The position numbers were made by a program, and so were the translations under genes. A stretch of DNA of 63,751 bases, filler included, from Collodictyon triciliatum (taxonomy: Eukaryota): NCBI GenBank assembly GCA_043381765.1. It is 5 parts of 5 records of this genome, joined end to end, with 100 filler letters (N's around TTAATTAATTAA, not from the genome) between each part and the next. Parts side by side here need not be neighbours in the genome. Positions count along the whole stretch, not along the records: positions 43,401 to 54,818 come from JBHJMP010001202.1; positions 54,919 to 62,098 come from JBHJMP010001208.1; 3 more parts are not named here. One strand, 5' to 3'. The notes under the pieces are model-generated. The model ran no database searches, was not told the DNA's origin, and saw only the letters and a list, made by a program, of their open reading frames with translations. Of this stretch, positions 49,001 through 61,831 are shown piece by piece. How positions within the stretch are numbered: the stretch's first letter is position 1; every line of letters begins with the position of its first letter.

Positions 49001-50168
49001 ATCCAGTTATGTCGATGTTTTCGGGAACAGACCCGATTTTTGGCTTGATTCTGATGCAACTCACATATTGATGAATAATATCATTAAAATCTGACACCCT
49101 TTCAAACTTGAAACCTTTTCCGATCCACCGCCGAGCGCCATTGGCATCGAGCTCCAAGGCCTGTGATGGCCATAAAAAAAAAACGAAAATAAATAAAAAT
49201 ATATCATTTGCACGCTAATCATTTACCAGTTTTGGTTAACGCTTGTGTGCATAGTTTAGATGTGATTTCTGTATAATGTGCATGTGGAACAGCAAAAGTG
49301 GTGAGAGAGGAAACTAATAAAGTACTTTGGAATAATCTTGCAGAGCCTCCTGCTGAGAGCCCATGTACTTGTGTGTGTCGCCACGAATAATCCAAGCGAA
49401 GGGGTTCTTGACATCTGCCATAAGTACACGCGTGGAGTCTGCCAAAGCCTCCTTGAAAAGTTTCAGTTTATGATAAAAAACCGCGCGAAGATTAAGTGCG
49501 TCATGGTGCGGCTCAATGTTGATGGCTTGGTTGTAGGCTTCCAGGGCTTCGTCTGACTTTTCTATTGATTTTGTGTGTGTGTGTGTGTCAAGAAAAGCAA
49601 TATTCATTATTCTATCAGTAAAAGATAACAGTTAAAATGGGAAACTTGTATATCCTTTTCTTTTAAAGAATAATCATTATGTGGCTAAACCTATTTTTTC
49701 GAATATGATTGCTCGGAATAAGTTTGCCTCCATCTACAAAACAGGTAAATACAAATAATGATATTAGCGGCTAAACTAATGAGCTTATTGACGCATATAA
49801 CTATTAGTACTAGTCTTTCTTAAAATATATGCTTCGTCTGTGCTGCTTATCACTTTTTTTCAAACAAAAAAAAAAAGAAAAAAGAACACCTTCCGTGGGT
49901 TCAAGCGCAGAGAGGTTTCAAAATCTGCGAGTGCCTTGAAGATAGCAACTTATTTAAAACATTTTCACTTCAAATATACAAATAGCTGTAGTGTTCAAGA
50001 TTTTTTTCTATGATGCAACCAAAAGAGCTTTTTTTTTCTTTTTGAAACTATCAAAGCGTCATTAAAACCAAAAGCGGATTTATTCCAAAACGTTACTTGA
50101 TCATATTTCCCAAGCCATTCGTACAAAGTACCACGTGAAAAATATATATCTGCAGCCTTTTTAGAGCA

Positions 50169-50243
<75 letters not shown>

Positions 50244-50444
50244 AAACATAAATTGATAAATAAGAGTGACCTGTTTTGTTGGAATCTCTGCGGGGCGAAT
50301 GGCAAGGAGCTGCACAACCCGCCCGTAAATCTGCAGCGCTTCTTTCAGCTGTCCATTTTCCTGGCACTTTTTGGCTCTCTCCAGAACGTCTGTTGGTTTT
50401 TCGTCGGCTCGAATCAGATCTGCTCCGGGTTTGCCGGTCTCCAT
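46042..50444 (-). CDS. N-terminal TPR-repeat protein with long basic Ser/Thr/Pro/Arg-rich disordered C-terminus
   Basis: Spliced TPRs: ADIYFSRGTLYEWLGKYDQ|ALADFETSLRLNPRK|MEANLFRA..., EALEAYNQAINIEP, AWIIRGDTHKYMGSQQEALQDYSK. Large low-complexity exons at about 47370-48117 and 46042-47100. Both gene ends are tentative. Confidence 0.8.
50169..50243. repeat. (AAAT)n intronic microsatellite
   Basis: Direct reading. Confidence 0.95.
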
Positions 50445-51475
50445 CGTCTTCTTTTCTTTCCACAATACTGCTCCCAAAGAGAGCCAAAGCAGATGGATGG
50501 TTAAGTTCTGTTAAAAAAAAAAGAAGAAGAAGAAGAAGAAAGAATAAAAGACTGTGGTTCCTCTCTCGGGCTTCCCTGGTGTGTTGGTTCTCTTTTCATG
50601 CCGTAAAATACCCGGAGGGTCGAAGGAGGGAAAAGGAAGTTGTGGGCCGGCAACAAACGCGATGGGAAAAAGTTCTCTCTTGTGCCCACCAAATCGTTCT
50701 TCGAAAAGGAACATACAACAAGATATCCCATGTTTCTTTTTTGATACTTTCCACTCTCCACTTAGTCCGACTTATTCTGTGTCTTCGTATTGCGTGGCAT
50801 GTTATTATTCGTGTTGTTACTATTATTTTAGAAAAGGAAAGTAAACCGCGACACTTTGTTCCTGTCTCGTTTGCCAGACTCAAACACTTCTGCTCAACTT
50901 TTTACATTTCGCTTTACTTTCACTTTTTTTGTTTTGTTTTATTTAATTTTATTTGATTTTAAGAGTAGATCGTTACAAACGACAACTCCAGAAATAGCAA
51001 TAGTGTAATGAGCGAAACTGGTTTGTCCACTCTTTTTTTTCTTTCACTTCACAGGCGATGCGGGCCTGTCGATGCCAGGCTGCAATCATTGAGCTTTGGT
51101 GTTGGTTTGCACGCAGAAAAGCAATGGTTTAATGAGAGCCATTTGGATATGTCATGTGTTATTTTATGTATACTGCTTTGATATGAGTTACTATCCTAAT
51201 TCTCAATCGTTCAGATTTCATATCATCAATATTTTTTTTCCCCTGTCTACTCGGCTCCAAGTTTCCAGGAGGGGAACGAAACGCTCCATGTTAGCCATTA
51301 GTGCAGAGCAAGAGAGATAGATTGACAGAGATTCCAACGAATAGCCTTGAAAGAATAAGAGCATATGGCTCATAACATCAGTCCTCACTTACTACCTCAA
51401 CAGAATATGATTACATGAACATGTAGAGTAATAATTGTCTGAAAGTCCATTAATAATGCGTACACTAAAGAAATC

Positions 51476-51477
<2 letters not shown>

Positions 51478-51570
<93 letters not shown>
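51478..51570. repeat. Poly(A) homopolymer of about 93 nt
   Basis: Direct reading. Confidence 0.95.
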
Positions 51571-51571
<1 letters not shown>

Positions 51572-51898
51572 GCATGCAACTGTCAAGTAGTGAAAGTTCC
51601 GTAATCGAAACGATGCAAAAATCTTGATATAACTAAAGTGCGTAAGGCACATAGAGTCCATCCCTATCATAAATCAGCAATGGCAACCCCGACGGCATGG
51701 AGGCGCACAAAGGACAAAGATAGACTTTAGGATCAAACATCTAGGAACCGGTTAATACAAACTATCACATTACCATGTTTTGTGATTCCATGAAAGTAAA
51801 AGGGAAAGAAAAAGAAAAAGATATAGTTCTTTGGTATAATAGATGTTCCTTACAATTCATTCACATCCGATGCGCAAGTATGTTTTATGTTGCGAGGC

Positions 51899-54712
51899 TC
51901 AGATGAGCTTGTTGCCTTTTTGGATGTTTTGGCGGGAGCGATGGAGTCGGTGGCAGCCTCCAACCAAACCGATGAGGGAAAGAACACGAATGTGGGGTAA
52001 GTCACATAGAATGAGGGAGAGAATGTTGAGTGGCAGAATCATGAACCAAATCGACTCGCTCAGCCGCCCACGCACAGACGCCACTGGGAAGAGAAACACC
52101 GTTGATGGAGCACAAAGCAAAAGCATGAGGGTGTTTTTGACTTGATAGATTCCCAAGGCCGACGAGTGAATGTCCTGCGGGTCGAGAATGTGCCTAGCAG
52201 AATATGTAAAGAGTAGTGTGCTGGCAACCTAGAATAAATAAATAATATGAATTTGTTTTAGATTTTCAACTGCATAATAGGGAGCCAGATAATACTAAAA
52301 TATACCATCCCTCGCTTTTTCTTTATTATTTTTTCCCCTCTGTTCCATTCAAAGTTCATCATGGTTATGAAATTTGAAGAATCGCTCACCAGAACAACAG
52401 GCAAATATCGGTTGTGCGAGTTCAGATTTTTCAGGAAGAATGGGTCGCGATTAAGCAGGAGAAGAATAGGCGCGAATAAAGCAATTGCAGTTTCCTGAGA
52501 GTGCATCATGTCCAGGGAGATGTAGAGGCAATGGCCCAAGGATAGGAATGCAGATATATTTCCAATCATAGGTAAAGCAGCAATACCGGTTGTGTGTGCC
52601 TATGTGCGTTGTTATGCGATTTTGACATCGATTAAGAAAAAAAGGGTTCCGTTTTTTCTGGTTGAGTAAGTACTAGGATGGCATATATGGCAAGTACATA
52701 TACAAAATTGAAGTGCCTTTTAAATACTAGATTCCGTGTGAAGCGAGACCACTTAACACAGGCTCAGTGATAGTAATAACACTTACTCCTTCTTTCCCTG
52801 GAACGGTGCTAACTTTGTTCTTAATCACAAATGCAACCAGGAGATAAATCATCGCATACATAGATGTAAAGGCATTTGTGCAAATGTTTACAAAGTCTAG
52901 GAATTAAAAGAAAATATATAGTTGAGTGTAATTTCTATACAATTGTTAAATTTCGATGATGGGCTTAGGTGGATAATGAAGTATATAATCTACATATATA
53001 TATATACCACCTCGGGTAGTAGTCGATGGAAGAGCAGCAAAAATGAACTCGATTGTCACGATGTAAATAACTAGAGGGGATGTCACCAGGAAAGCGAATC
53101 TTTGTACAGCATAAATAATTCATACATTATTATATAATCAACCAGTACCTTGTATCAGGTAAAGGGATAAAATATTATCAATCTCTTTTATTTATTTTAA
53201 AGATTGATATTTTAATATTTTCCCCCTCTTATTGATAATAATTATTTGCATCGCATTAAGGGCCGAAGGCTTACAGTAGTGGTATGAATTTTGAAACGAT
53301 GACATTTGGCCATTGGACAAACGCCAAGAAAATGGACGACAGAACGATGAGGCCAACTGTTAATACATATAGCCCATGGAGGTTGGGAAGATATGCAGCA
53401 CATACATATAACCCCACGAAGCAACTATCGCATAAGGTAAAGGAATAAATAAATGCGTAAGCGATTATGGAATAAAATAAACAGGCGCCAAAAAACAGAT
53501 TTTTAAAATGAACGGCATTATTTACACTTTCTGACGATTATATGTGCTTTTTGATCATATTTTGAAAGAATACTAAAAAAGGAGGTGCTTCATGTATAAT
53601 ATTTTCATTTGGTTTCTTTTCGTCTCGAGTGAATTTTTTCTTTTTTTGTTATCATGCTCACCCGAAGATGGATGAGTACAGCATTCGAACAACTGAAGAT
53701 GTGGAAAACGGAACAAGAGACGTGAGACCCATCAGAGCCATTACGAACGCAATAAACAACAGCCAAGATGCCCAGGATGCTCTATAACCATTATATATTC
53801 AATTTCGTAGCTGGTAGATGTAGTGTCGGTAAATTCTGTATGATTGTATAATATGACAATATGATAATAGTTACGAGTCGTCTGATGTTGAGATAGTGGA
53901 ATAAGTCTGCCGGAGAGAAAGTGATGCCAGCATGTCGACATTAGGCTGTTCTTATGATTAGTACTATTATTATAAACATAAACAGTGTACTTTGTTCAAT
54001 TAAGTTGTATTCATGGTCGACTAACTCTTCACTTTTGTTAAATTTTCTTCGAAATCGATTAAGAGTGGGAGAAAAGAACCTGCAAGACCCCGAAGAATAT
54101 TCCTGATAAGAGGAGGATCACATTTAATCGTTTCGCATTTTGCACGTGAGGGAAATACCAATACGAGAGGGGCAACGTATTAATCGCCCAGCACACAACG
54201 AAGAAGGCTAATTGTATTGATTTTTTTGGATAATACTATTGTGTATTATAAGAAAACGGAAAATGGAAAATGGAAAATAATAATAGTAACAAACAAAATA
54301 TAACGCTTTCGCTGGGTCGCTGCCCCATAAAGAATGCAAGCAACTGCTCTTGGAATGTGTGTCTGGTCAAGAAGCATGCTATTCCGATAGTAATGAAATG
54401 GAATATTCCCTACGAAACAAAATACACCAAATTATACAGGATATACAGCTCGCAGCGGAGATTTCAATGCATAAATAAGCTACATTCATTAAATAGACAA
54501 AAGAAAAGAAGAAGAATTTTTGCATGCAAAGCCACTTCAATCAATCCCTTTTGGGAGGGAACCTGTGTTGTGGACATATCAGGGCTATTTCTCCAATACA
54601 GAGATGGGCTAATTGTCAGTGCAAGCAATAAGACAGACGGAATAGCCATTTCAGAAGAACCGAGGAGAATCGATATTTTGGACAAATAGATGGACACCAA
54701 AGTCCACTTCGT
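51899..54712 (-). CDS. Multi-pass membrane protein homologous to plant NO EXINE FORMATION 1 (3' half only)
   Basis: Spliced WTLVSIYLSKISIL...LALTISP...Q|GIFH...GQRPSES..YFPHVQNAKR...GVLQ, AIALFAPILLLLNRDPFF...NRYLPVV, KNTLMLL, ILPLNILSL, IQKGNKLI-stop. These match, in order, my recollection of NEF1 motifs (APILLLLNQD...RYFPV, GRPPSD, HFSHV.SAKR). Confidence 0.75.
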
Positions 54713-54818
54713 CTGTTTGGAGAGAAACGTAAAAAAAAAAAAAAAAAAAAAAAAATTACATTATTGCTTATGCTTGAAGAAGATTATTTATTTTTTAATT
54801 AAAAATAAAAAAAAAAAA

Positions 54819-54918
54819 NNNNNNNNNNNNNNNNNNNNNNNNNNNNNNNNNNNNNNNNNNNNTTAATTAATTAANNNNNNNNNNNNNNNNNNNNNNNNNN
54901 NNNNNNNNNNNNNNNNNN
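54819..54918. other. Artificial contig linker
   Basis: 44 N + TTAATTAATTAA + 44 N. Confidence 0.97.
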
Positions 54919-55031
54919 ATAAAAAAAAAAAAACCAAAAAGAAAAAAAAAAAAGGAAAAAAAAAAATGTTTTTTTTTTCCCTTATTTTTTTTTTTTTTTT
55001 TTTTTGAAAGAGAGAAGCCGCCGGCAAATAC

Positions 55032-55669
55032 CTCCTTCCGCCGCAACTGGACAGCATCAACGACAGAAGCCGGCTGCTGCACTGCCTGGGCCACGAGCTG
55101 AGCAACCGGCGCCAGCGTCTGACACGCCTGCCCCGCAACATACTGAGCGGTGTGGACAGGCGCGCGGAGCAAAGGCGGGACTGCAGCCAGCTGCTTGAGC
55201 TCCTGCACGCGCGCCATGAGGCGGTCTCGAACCGTGCAAGCAAGATCTGCAAACGTGGGGGCGGCAAGCGGGTGTGTGGAGTCGGCGTCTGTGTCGGCTC
55301 CGGATTGCTCGGCCCCGGATTGCTCGGCTCCGGATTGCTCGGCCCCGGCAGGCAGCAGGCGATCGACAAGGGCCTCTGTGCGGGTCAGGAGGAAGGCGCA
55401 GGCGTGGGCCTCTGCGGCGTGCAGGGCCTCTGCAGTCTGGTCGACAAGGGCCAGCGTGTGGCAGCCGAGCGTGTGGAGCTGCTCGGCACAGCGCCCCAGC
55501 GGAGGGAGTCCCAGGCGCTGCCCAACGGGGTCGGCCACCCGCACGAGTCCCGCCCCGGCCCGCTGCACGCCACTGCGCACGCCCGCCGGCACGTGCTGCT
55601 CGCACAGCAACATGGCCCGCCTCACAAGCGACCCCACCACGCGGTGCGTCTGCGCCCGCTCCAGGAATC

Positions 55670-55705
<36 letters not shown>

Positions 55706-55733
55706 TGCTTGGCTCTCCTGCGTCTTGGCTCAT
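55032..55733 (-). CDS. Perilipin-like (PAT family) lipid-droplet protein, first exon; rest lost at contig end
   Basis: ATG at 55733, donor GTATTT at 55031. FLERAQTHRVVGS, ADPVGQRL, LHTLGCHTL and LLTRTEALVDRLLP resemble the perilipin PAT domain and the E.LVD..LP motif. Confidence 0.55.
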
Positions 55734-56865
55734 TCTCGGCGGGGTCTTTTCGTCCTGGGCTTCTCTTTTCTTTTCTTTGCTTTTTTTGGGGTTTGATATT
55801 AGTGAGTGTGGGTGTGTTTTTTGTTCGCTTTGTCGCCCTTTTTTTTTTTTTGTAATTTTTTTTTGATTCTTTGATCTGCTTCTTGCTTGCTTTGTGGGTC
55901 TGGGATTGTGCTTGGGAGTTGGCGGCCTTGTGGCGTTTGTGTGGAGTGTGTGACGGCTTGCTCGATTCCCTTCAGCTTTCTGTGCAACGTGATTTCTCCT
56001 AAGCAAGTCAATGTCTTCAATCCTTTTTATAGTGTTTTTCTTTGGTGGGGTGTGTTTATACGAGGGGATTGCATGAGTGTGTGACGCAGGTGCAGCCGTA
56101 GTGTGTTTCGGTGGCGCTGCGTCATTGCTTGCGGAGTTGTGATCGATCTGTGTTTCGTGTTCGGTGTTCCACTTTACTAAATGTGGATAATATAGTTCAA
56201 TCCATATACCATTCTTTCTGCGGCTCAAAAATCGCATCTATGATAACAAATATCAATGAAATCACATAAAGCGTCCAATAATACACTTTCCAAACCAGTA
56301 GCTTATTGACCATATGTATTCTAATTGGAACATGGCAGTCCCTTTTCTGGATCGCGATCCTTGCCACAAACTCCCTTGACAGATTGATCCGCAACTCAGC
56401 CCGCTCATTTTCGTGTGCCTTCAAAGAGAATACGTTCGTGTCCCGTAATCAAAACCGCTCAATTCCCAACCGGCCTTCTCCTGGCAAACTCCCTACCCTT
56501 TGACGTTTGCAGACTGGAAGCGAGGCCTGGTGCAGAGTAGTGTTTGAAATACCTCTCCAGAAATATAGCAAAGTTGTCTGTTGCGATCGGCCAATTTTTT
56601 TTTCTTTAGCTCCCTGTAAACAAAGCTTTGATCTAGTCTTTGCTGACAGAACGTCCTCTTGTCCTTCCCCGACTTCTCTCTATCCCTCTCTTTCCTCTTA
56701 TCTGATGATCGTTCTGTTTGCATTAATTTTCTTTGTTTTAAAATAATATGCAACAGGAAGAAAAAAAAACCAAAAAGAAAAAGTAAAACCGACACACTTT
56801 CTAAAAAAACAAATAAACTACAGAGAAAAGAGTCAAGCGTCGCCACGAAACCACCGCCTCAGCAA

Positions 56866-59800
56866 ATGGCCTCCAAACGCATCGTCCTTCCTGCCGTTGC
56901 CCTTGGTGCTCTTCTTTACCTTGTGCGACTCTACCGCAATTCTCGCCAAAGAGCTTTGCTTCTTATGAACGAGGCCGCACCTCCTCCGCTTCCACCCGCA
57001 ATTCCTTCCAGCATGCCTTTTGGCCTCGAAATCCTATTCAAAATGCGCACCATGGTATTCCCACAACTCGTCCCTGACTCATTCCCAATTCTGATACTTA
57101 TCAGTAGTTTTCGGCCCAATTACGTACTTATGTTACCCCACCAATACCTTGTCATGGACATGACTCTCTTTTGGCTAACACACATATTATACATGGCGCT
57201 AAAAAAAACGTTTTATTATTCTTTTACCTTGTCCGCCATCGCAATTTGGGTTTACTTTATGTTTTTCTTCTCTTGGAATAGTACGACCATCCATACGAGT
57301 ATCTTCTCGAGCTTGCATTAAAGTATGGAAAGACATACCGATTTCATGTTCTTGGGTTTAACATGATTATCACAAATGATGCTGCGTGTGTTGGTCACTT
57401 CCTTGCAAAGAATTTTGAGAATTATGAAAAGAGTGAAAACTTTTCAGCCATATTCAAAGATGTAAGCTCGCTTATTCTCCACTCAATGCACTCATACCTT
57501 CTATTTTTTTTCTTCTGATAAACGAATCAAAACAAGAAATACTCACAAATAATACGGCCTATTTCTACAGTTCCTAGGAGATGGAATTTTCAACTCAAAT
57601 GGTGAATTATGGCAATTGCACAGAAACGCAGCGCGTCCACACTTTCAAACCATCGGTGATAAAAATTGACATTGGTTTTCATTCTATTCGGCCGAGATAT
57701 TCATGTTTTTTTTTTTTTGTCTTCGTGACTTTTCAACAACGCTCACCAAGGTCAACCATTTTAATATAGAGCTTGGTAAAATGGTACCATGCTTTACAGA
57801 GCATTCAAAGGTTATACATAAAATATGCCTAATTTAGTGATATCGTATTTTCTTTTCGCATCAATTAGATAAATATTCCGAAAACGAAATGATATATATA
57901 CCTTCAATGAACAGGTATTGCTGTCCCACTTGGAAAAGGCTTGTCATTCGGGGAACGCTGTGGACATGCAGGACTTATTCTTCCGATTCACCCTAGACTC
58001 AGGTTTTTTTTTTACTACCCCTCAACACATGCCTATTAAGGTTTATTACTTGCATTGGAAGGACGCGTGCAGAATAAGTTCACTTTGCCCAATACCTTTC
58101 ATATTGGCACATGCCTTACTTTTTTTTCTTTTGTTCGTCTTACTCTATATTTATTGGACAGTTGGAGAAATCCTTTTTGGAACAAACATAGACTCTCTCA
58201 CAAAGCCATCTGTCTTCGCTCAAGCTTTCGGTATATGCACAATTGATGTATTTTCACATTCCTTCCTCTTGATTTCTTTCCCTTCCTCTTTATGTGCTAC
58301 CAAGACGTTTCTTGTGATTTAAATGATTATATTTTTTTTCAGATGCTGTCCAATCAACGATTGCGTGGAGAGTTGCAACACAACCTGCTTGGCGATTGAT
58401 GCCTGACTCGGAATTTAACCGCAACATCCAAATTCTTAATGAGTTTGTTGAAAAAATCGTTGACCGAGGCCTTTCCGACCCATCCATAGGGAAACGCGAT
58501 GTTTGTATCAATTATCGTTGTTCTTTTCTCTCGATTAATTTAGTTCCTTTTTCTTTTTTTCACAATCTTTGAAGGAACTCTTGCTGAACAAACTTACATT
58601 ATATTCTTCCATTCTTGTTAAAACACAAGGATTTGCTCGCCGAGTATATCCGAGACTCAAACCATTCCTGGAGCAAGGAGTCCTTATGTAATATGCTCAA
58701 AGTGGGTATTTTATTTCTATCTTTTCTTGGATAATATAATCTATTACAGTCTCGGCATCAATAATTGAAGGACCGAATGAAAAAGTGGGGTAAAATGCCC
58801 TTTATTTTTCCTTTTGCTTTATGTACGTTATTGAAATATATTCCCATAAAACAGAACATGCTCATCGCTGGTCGCGATACAACTGCAGTGCTATTGTATT
58901 TTCCAAAAATTTGCACAATATTGATGTATGGATTTCAAACATATACCGAAACAAGCTCTTGATTGTTTTCAGGATGTGGACTTTCTATGAACTGAGTCGC
59001 CACCCTGAAGTTGAAAAGAAGGTTGTTCAAGAAATCGACAGGGTTGTTGGGCGAACAGCAATCCCAACTGCAGACCAACTTTCTGAGCTTCGCTACTTAA
59101 AACAAGTGCGAATTGAAACATGCATTCACCATCCCCATATTATTTGCTCTTAAAACAAGAATGATATGATTTTGTGTTAAAGTTCAGATTCTGATGAATT
59201 GTGTACATACTTCGACATGTATACTGGGTAGGTGCTTAATGAAACCCTTCGTTTGCACCCATCTGTTCCTTTCGACTTCCGCACAGCCATCAAAGACGAT
59301 GTCCTTCCAGGCGGATTCTTTGTACCTGCTGGGGTATGCTTGTCCAATTTGAAATATAATCGCAATTAATTGTTTGAATTTTTTTTATTTATTTAATATT
59401 CATACTGTAGAATAAAAAAGCTTCATGACCTCTCCATAACATTTTTCATTTTTTTTTTAAAAAAAATTCAATTTTTCTTCAGACGGATGTTGCGTATTCT
59501 CCTTTTGTTCTTCACCGAATCCCAGAGTACTGGGGCAGCGACGCAGAATCGTTCAATCCAGAGCGATGGAATTCAGAAAATATTCGAAAGCTTCCAGCAT
59601 TTGCATTTTCACCTTTCCTTGCTGGGTCTCTATTTCTCCATACTTCTGCTCGTGCTTGTGGATTTCCCCTTTCATCATAGTTTTTGTGTAGTTACATGCC
59701 GAACAAAATGAAAATCATGAAACACGCCACTCACACAAAAAGTCTCTCTTTTCTAATCTTTGTCCGTTTTATATCCTACTCTATCTTCGCTCTCATCAGT

Positions 59801-60181
59801 CCACGCATCTGCTTGGGACAGGTGGGTCAATCCAGATTTTCTGAGACGCCTATTTGTATGACCTCGTTTTAACAATCCACGAACCGCAGACATATACTAA
59901 CAAATATTACAAATCCAACGCATATAGAACATGGCATACACAGAAGCTCGACTTGTGGCAACAATGATTCTGCAAAAGTACTCGCTAAAGATGGTTCCTG
60001 GTACAGTCCCAACTATCGAACTATTCCACCGCCTTGGATAGAAAAAATAGAAAAAAAATCTAAGTGGTTATCCCAAACACACCACTCAGGACACAACCCC
60101 GAGTATCGTGCAATCATCGTCAAGCAGGCACGTTTCGGTATGATGATGAACGTATCGCACCGCGAAGAAACCTGCGCCTAA
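56866..60181 (+). CDS. Cytochrome P450, CYP86-clan/CYP52-like fatty-acid hydroxylase type, 15 exons
   Basis: N-terminal TM anchor, [32 protein letters not shown] (I-helix), [10 protein letters not shown] (ExxR), FNPERW, FLAG|PRICLG (heme Cys). All 14 introns are GT-AG. Stop TAA 60179-60181. Confidence 0.96.
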
Positions 60182-60290
60182 GAACATCGCAACCCGGCTC
60201 ACCGCAACACAGCAGCACAACCTACCAGAGCAAAGAAGTAGCACCGCGCCCCCACCTAGTTGTGTTTCTATACAAACGCAACTCCTCAGA

Positions 60291-60440
60291 ACAAAAGAGC
60301 AAAAAAGCAAAAAAGCAAAAAAGCAAAAAAGCAAAAAAGCAAAAAAGCAAAAGAGCAAAAGAGCAAAAGAGCGAAAGAGCAAAAAAGCAAAAGAGCAAAA
60401 AAGCAAAAGAGTAAAAGAGTAAAAGAGCAAATGAGCAAAA
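60291..60440. repeat. (AAAAAAGC/AAAAGAGC)n octamer array between convergent genes
   Basis: Direct reading. Confidence 0.92.
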
Positions 60441-60549
60441 GACACAATACCAAACACCAACGCATGTGTCAAATCCCATTCTCGTCGCCGAGACCATTTA
60501 TTCCACCCCACCCAACCAAACCAAAACCAACTCGAAACCAAAGCGCCTC

Positions 60550-61251
60550 TCACGAATGGTAGACCGTCTGGACACAAGCAAACGTCTCTCTCCAGGCCTT
60601 GGGCGTGTGTGCATACCGATGCGGCTGCGCAAGCGGATCCCGCGGAATCAGATTGGGATTAGGATTACGACTCGGGCTCGGGCTGCGCAGACCCGGACGC
60701 TCAGGGCTGTGTGCCGGAGTGGCAAGACGAGACGCAGGAGACTCCGGGTCGGATGACGGAGCGGGCGGCTTTGCGTGAGGATTTGTGTGGAGGCGCAGGA
60801 CGCAGGCGCGGACGGCACTGGGCGAGATGGGTGGAACAGGGTCGCATGGCGGGGCGGCAAACAGGTCCGAATGCGCCACGGCCGGCGCAGCCTTTGGGTC
60901 TGGCGAGTGGCGGAATCGCGGGGCGGAGCGGGCGCGTCGGGCGGGCGGAGAAGCCGGGTGTGCGCCTGAGAGCAACGCTGTGTTTGTGTTTGTGTTTGAG
61001 TCTGTGTCGTCCAGAGTCGGGAGTCTGCGCGGGCGTGACAGGCGGTCGAGAGACGCGCGCGTCGGCCTTTGACAGGCGGCTCTGCGGTCGGGACTCTGCT
61101 CCACGGGGCGGTGCAGTCGCTCCTGCTGATTCACGCGGCCGTACTGCACAAGCGGATCGCGGCGGATGTATGTGTCCCGGCCCGTCCCGTCCGGCTCGTA
61201 GACTTTGGTGTGGTGGCTCAGCATCTGGGACGAGAGTCGCGCGCCGTGCAT
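60550..61251 (-). CDS. Single-exon basic Pro/Arg-rich protein, candidate microtubule/axoneme-associated
   Basis: 233-aa ORF in a GC island, with YEPDGTGRDTYI and repeated RLSRP / RLATP / PLAQP motifs. Confidence 0.6.
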   Translation of the reverse strand: MHGARLSSQMLSHHTKVYEPDGTGRDTYIRRDPLVQYGRVNQQERLHRPVEQSPDRRAACQRPTRASLDRLSRPRRLPTLDDTDSNTNTNTALLSGAHPASPPARRARSAPRFRHSPDPKAAPAVAHSDLFAAPPCDPVPPISPSAVRACVLRLHTNPHAKPPAPSSDPESPASRLATPAHSPERPGLRSPSPSRNPNPNLIPRDPLAQPHRYAHTPKAWRETFACVQTVYHS

Positions 61252-61831
61252 TCTGGTTTCTGGTTTCTGGTTTCTGGTTTCTTTGTTGCTCGGTCTCTGC
61301 CTTGGGTCGTGCGTTATCCTGCCGATGGTGCAAAAGGGGTGTCTGGTTGATGGCTGGAAACTAAAGTCTGGCGTTTCTGTTGTGATTCGTGTTGCTCTTG
61401 TTGCTCTCGGTGTTTCGGTTCGGCCTCTTGATTCCGCCCAGGCTCTTTGTGTGAGTGTGTGTGTGTGTCAGGCAGGTGGCTGATTCATGAATGTTTGGTT
61501 GCTGTGTGGGTTTCCCACTTTCGGCAAAAATGCCCATATCTGGGGTTGTTGATGGAAATGGAAAAAACGGGATGTTTTGTGACGGGACTAATTTTCCGGT
61601 GGGGAATATATGAAGGGAAATGTACGATACTGTTCCATACAGGCTTCCTATTCTGGGGTGTATTTATTTTGCTGTTGTGTGTTTGTAGGGGTTTCTAGAC
61701 TAATCCGAAATGGGTGTGTTGCTATCTGATTATCTTCATCATGTCTTCCGTGCAATAACGTGGGACCTTCATGGGAGTAACCACTATCCCTTTTTTCTTC
61801 TTCTTTTTCTCTCTCTCCCCCTCTCTCTTAG

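Noticed and set aside
51478-51570. Poly(A) as a retroposon tail
   Set aside because: No element body or target-site duplication is seen, and long A/T tracts are common in this genome.
51899-60181. Apparent sporopollenin-like cluster (NEF1-like + perilipin-like + CYP704-like P450)
   Set aside because: An artificial linker at 54819-54918 separates the NEF1-like gene from the others, so that adjacency is not evidence of linkage.
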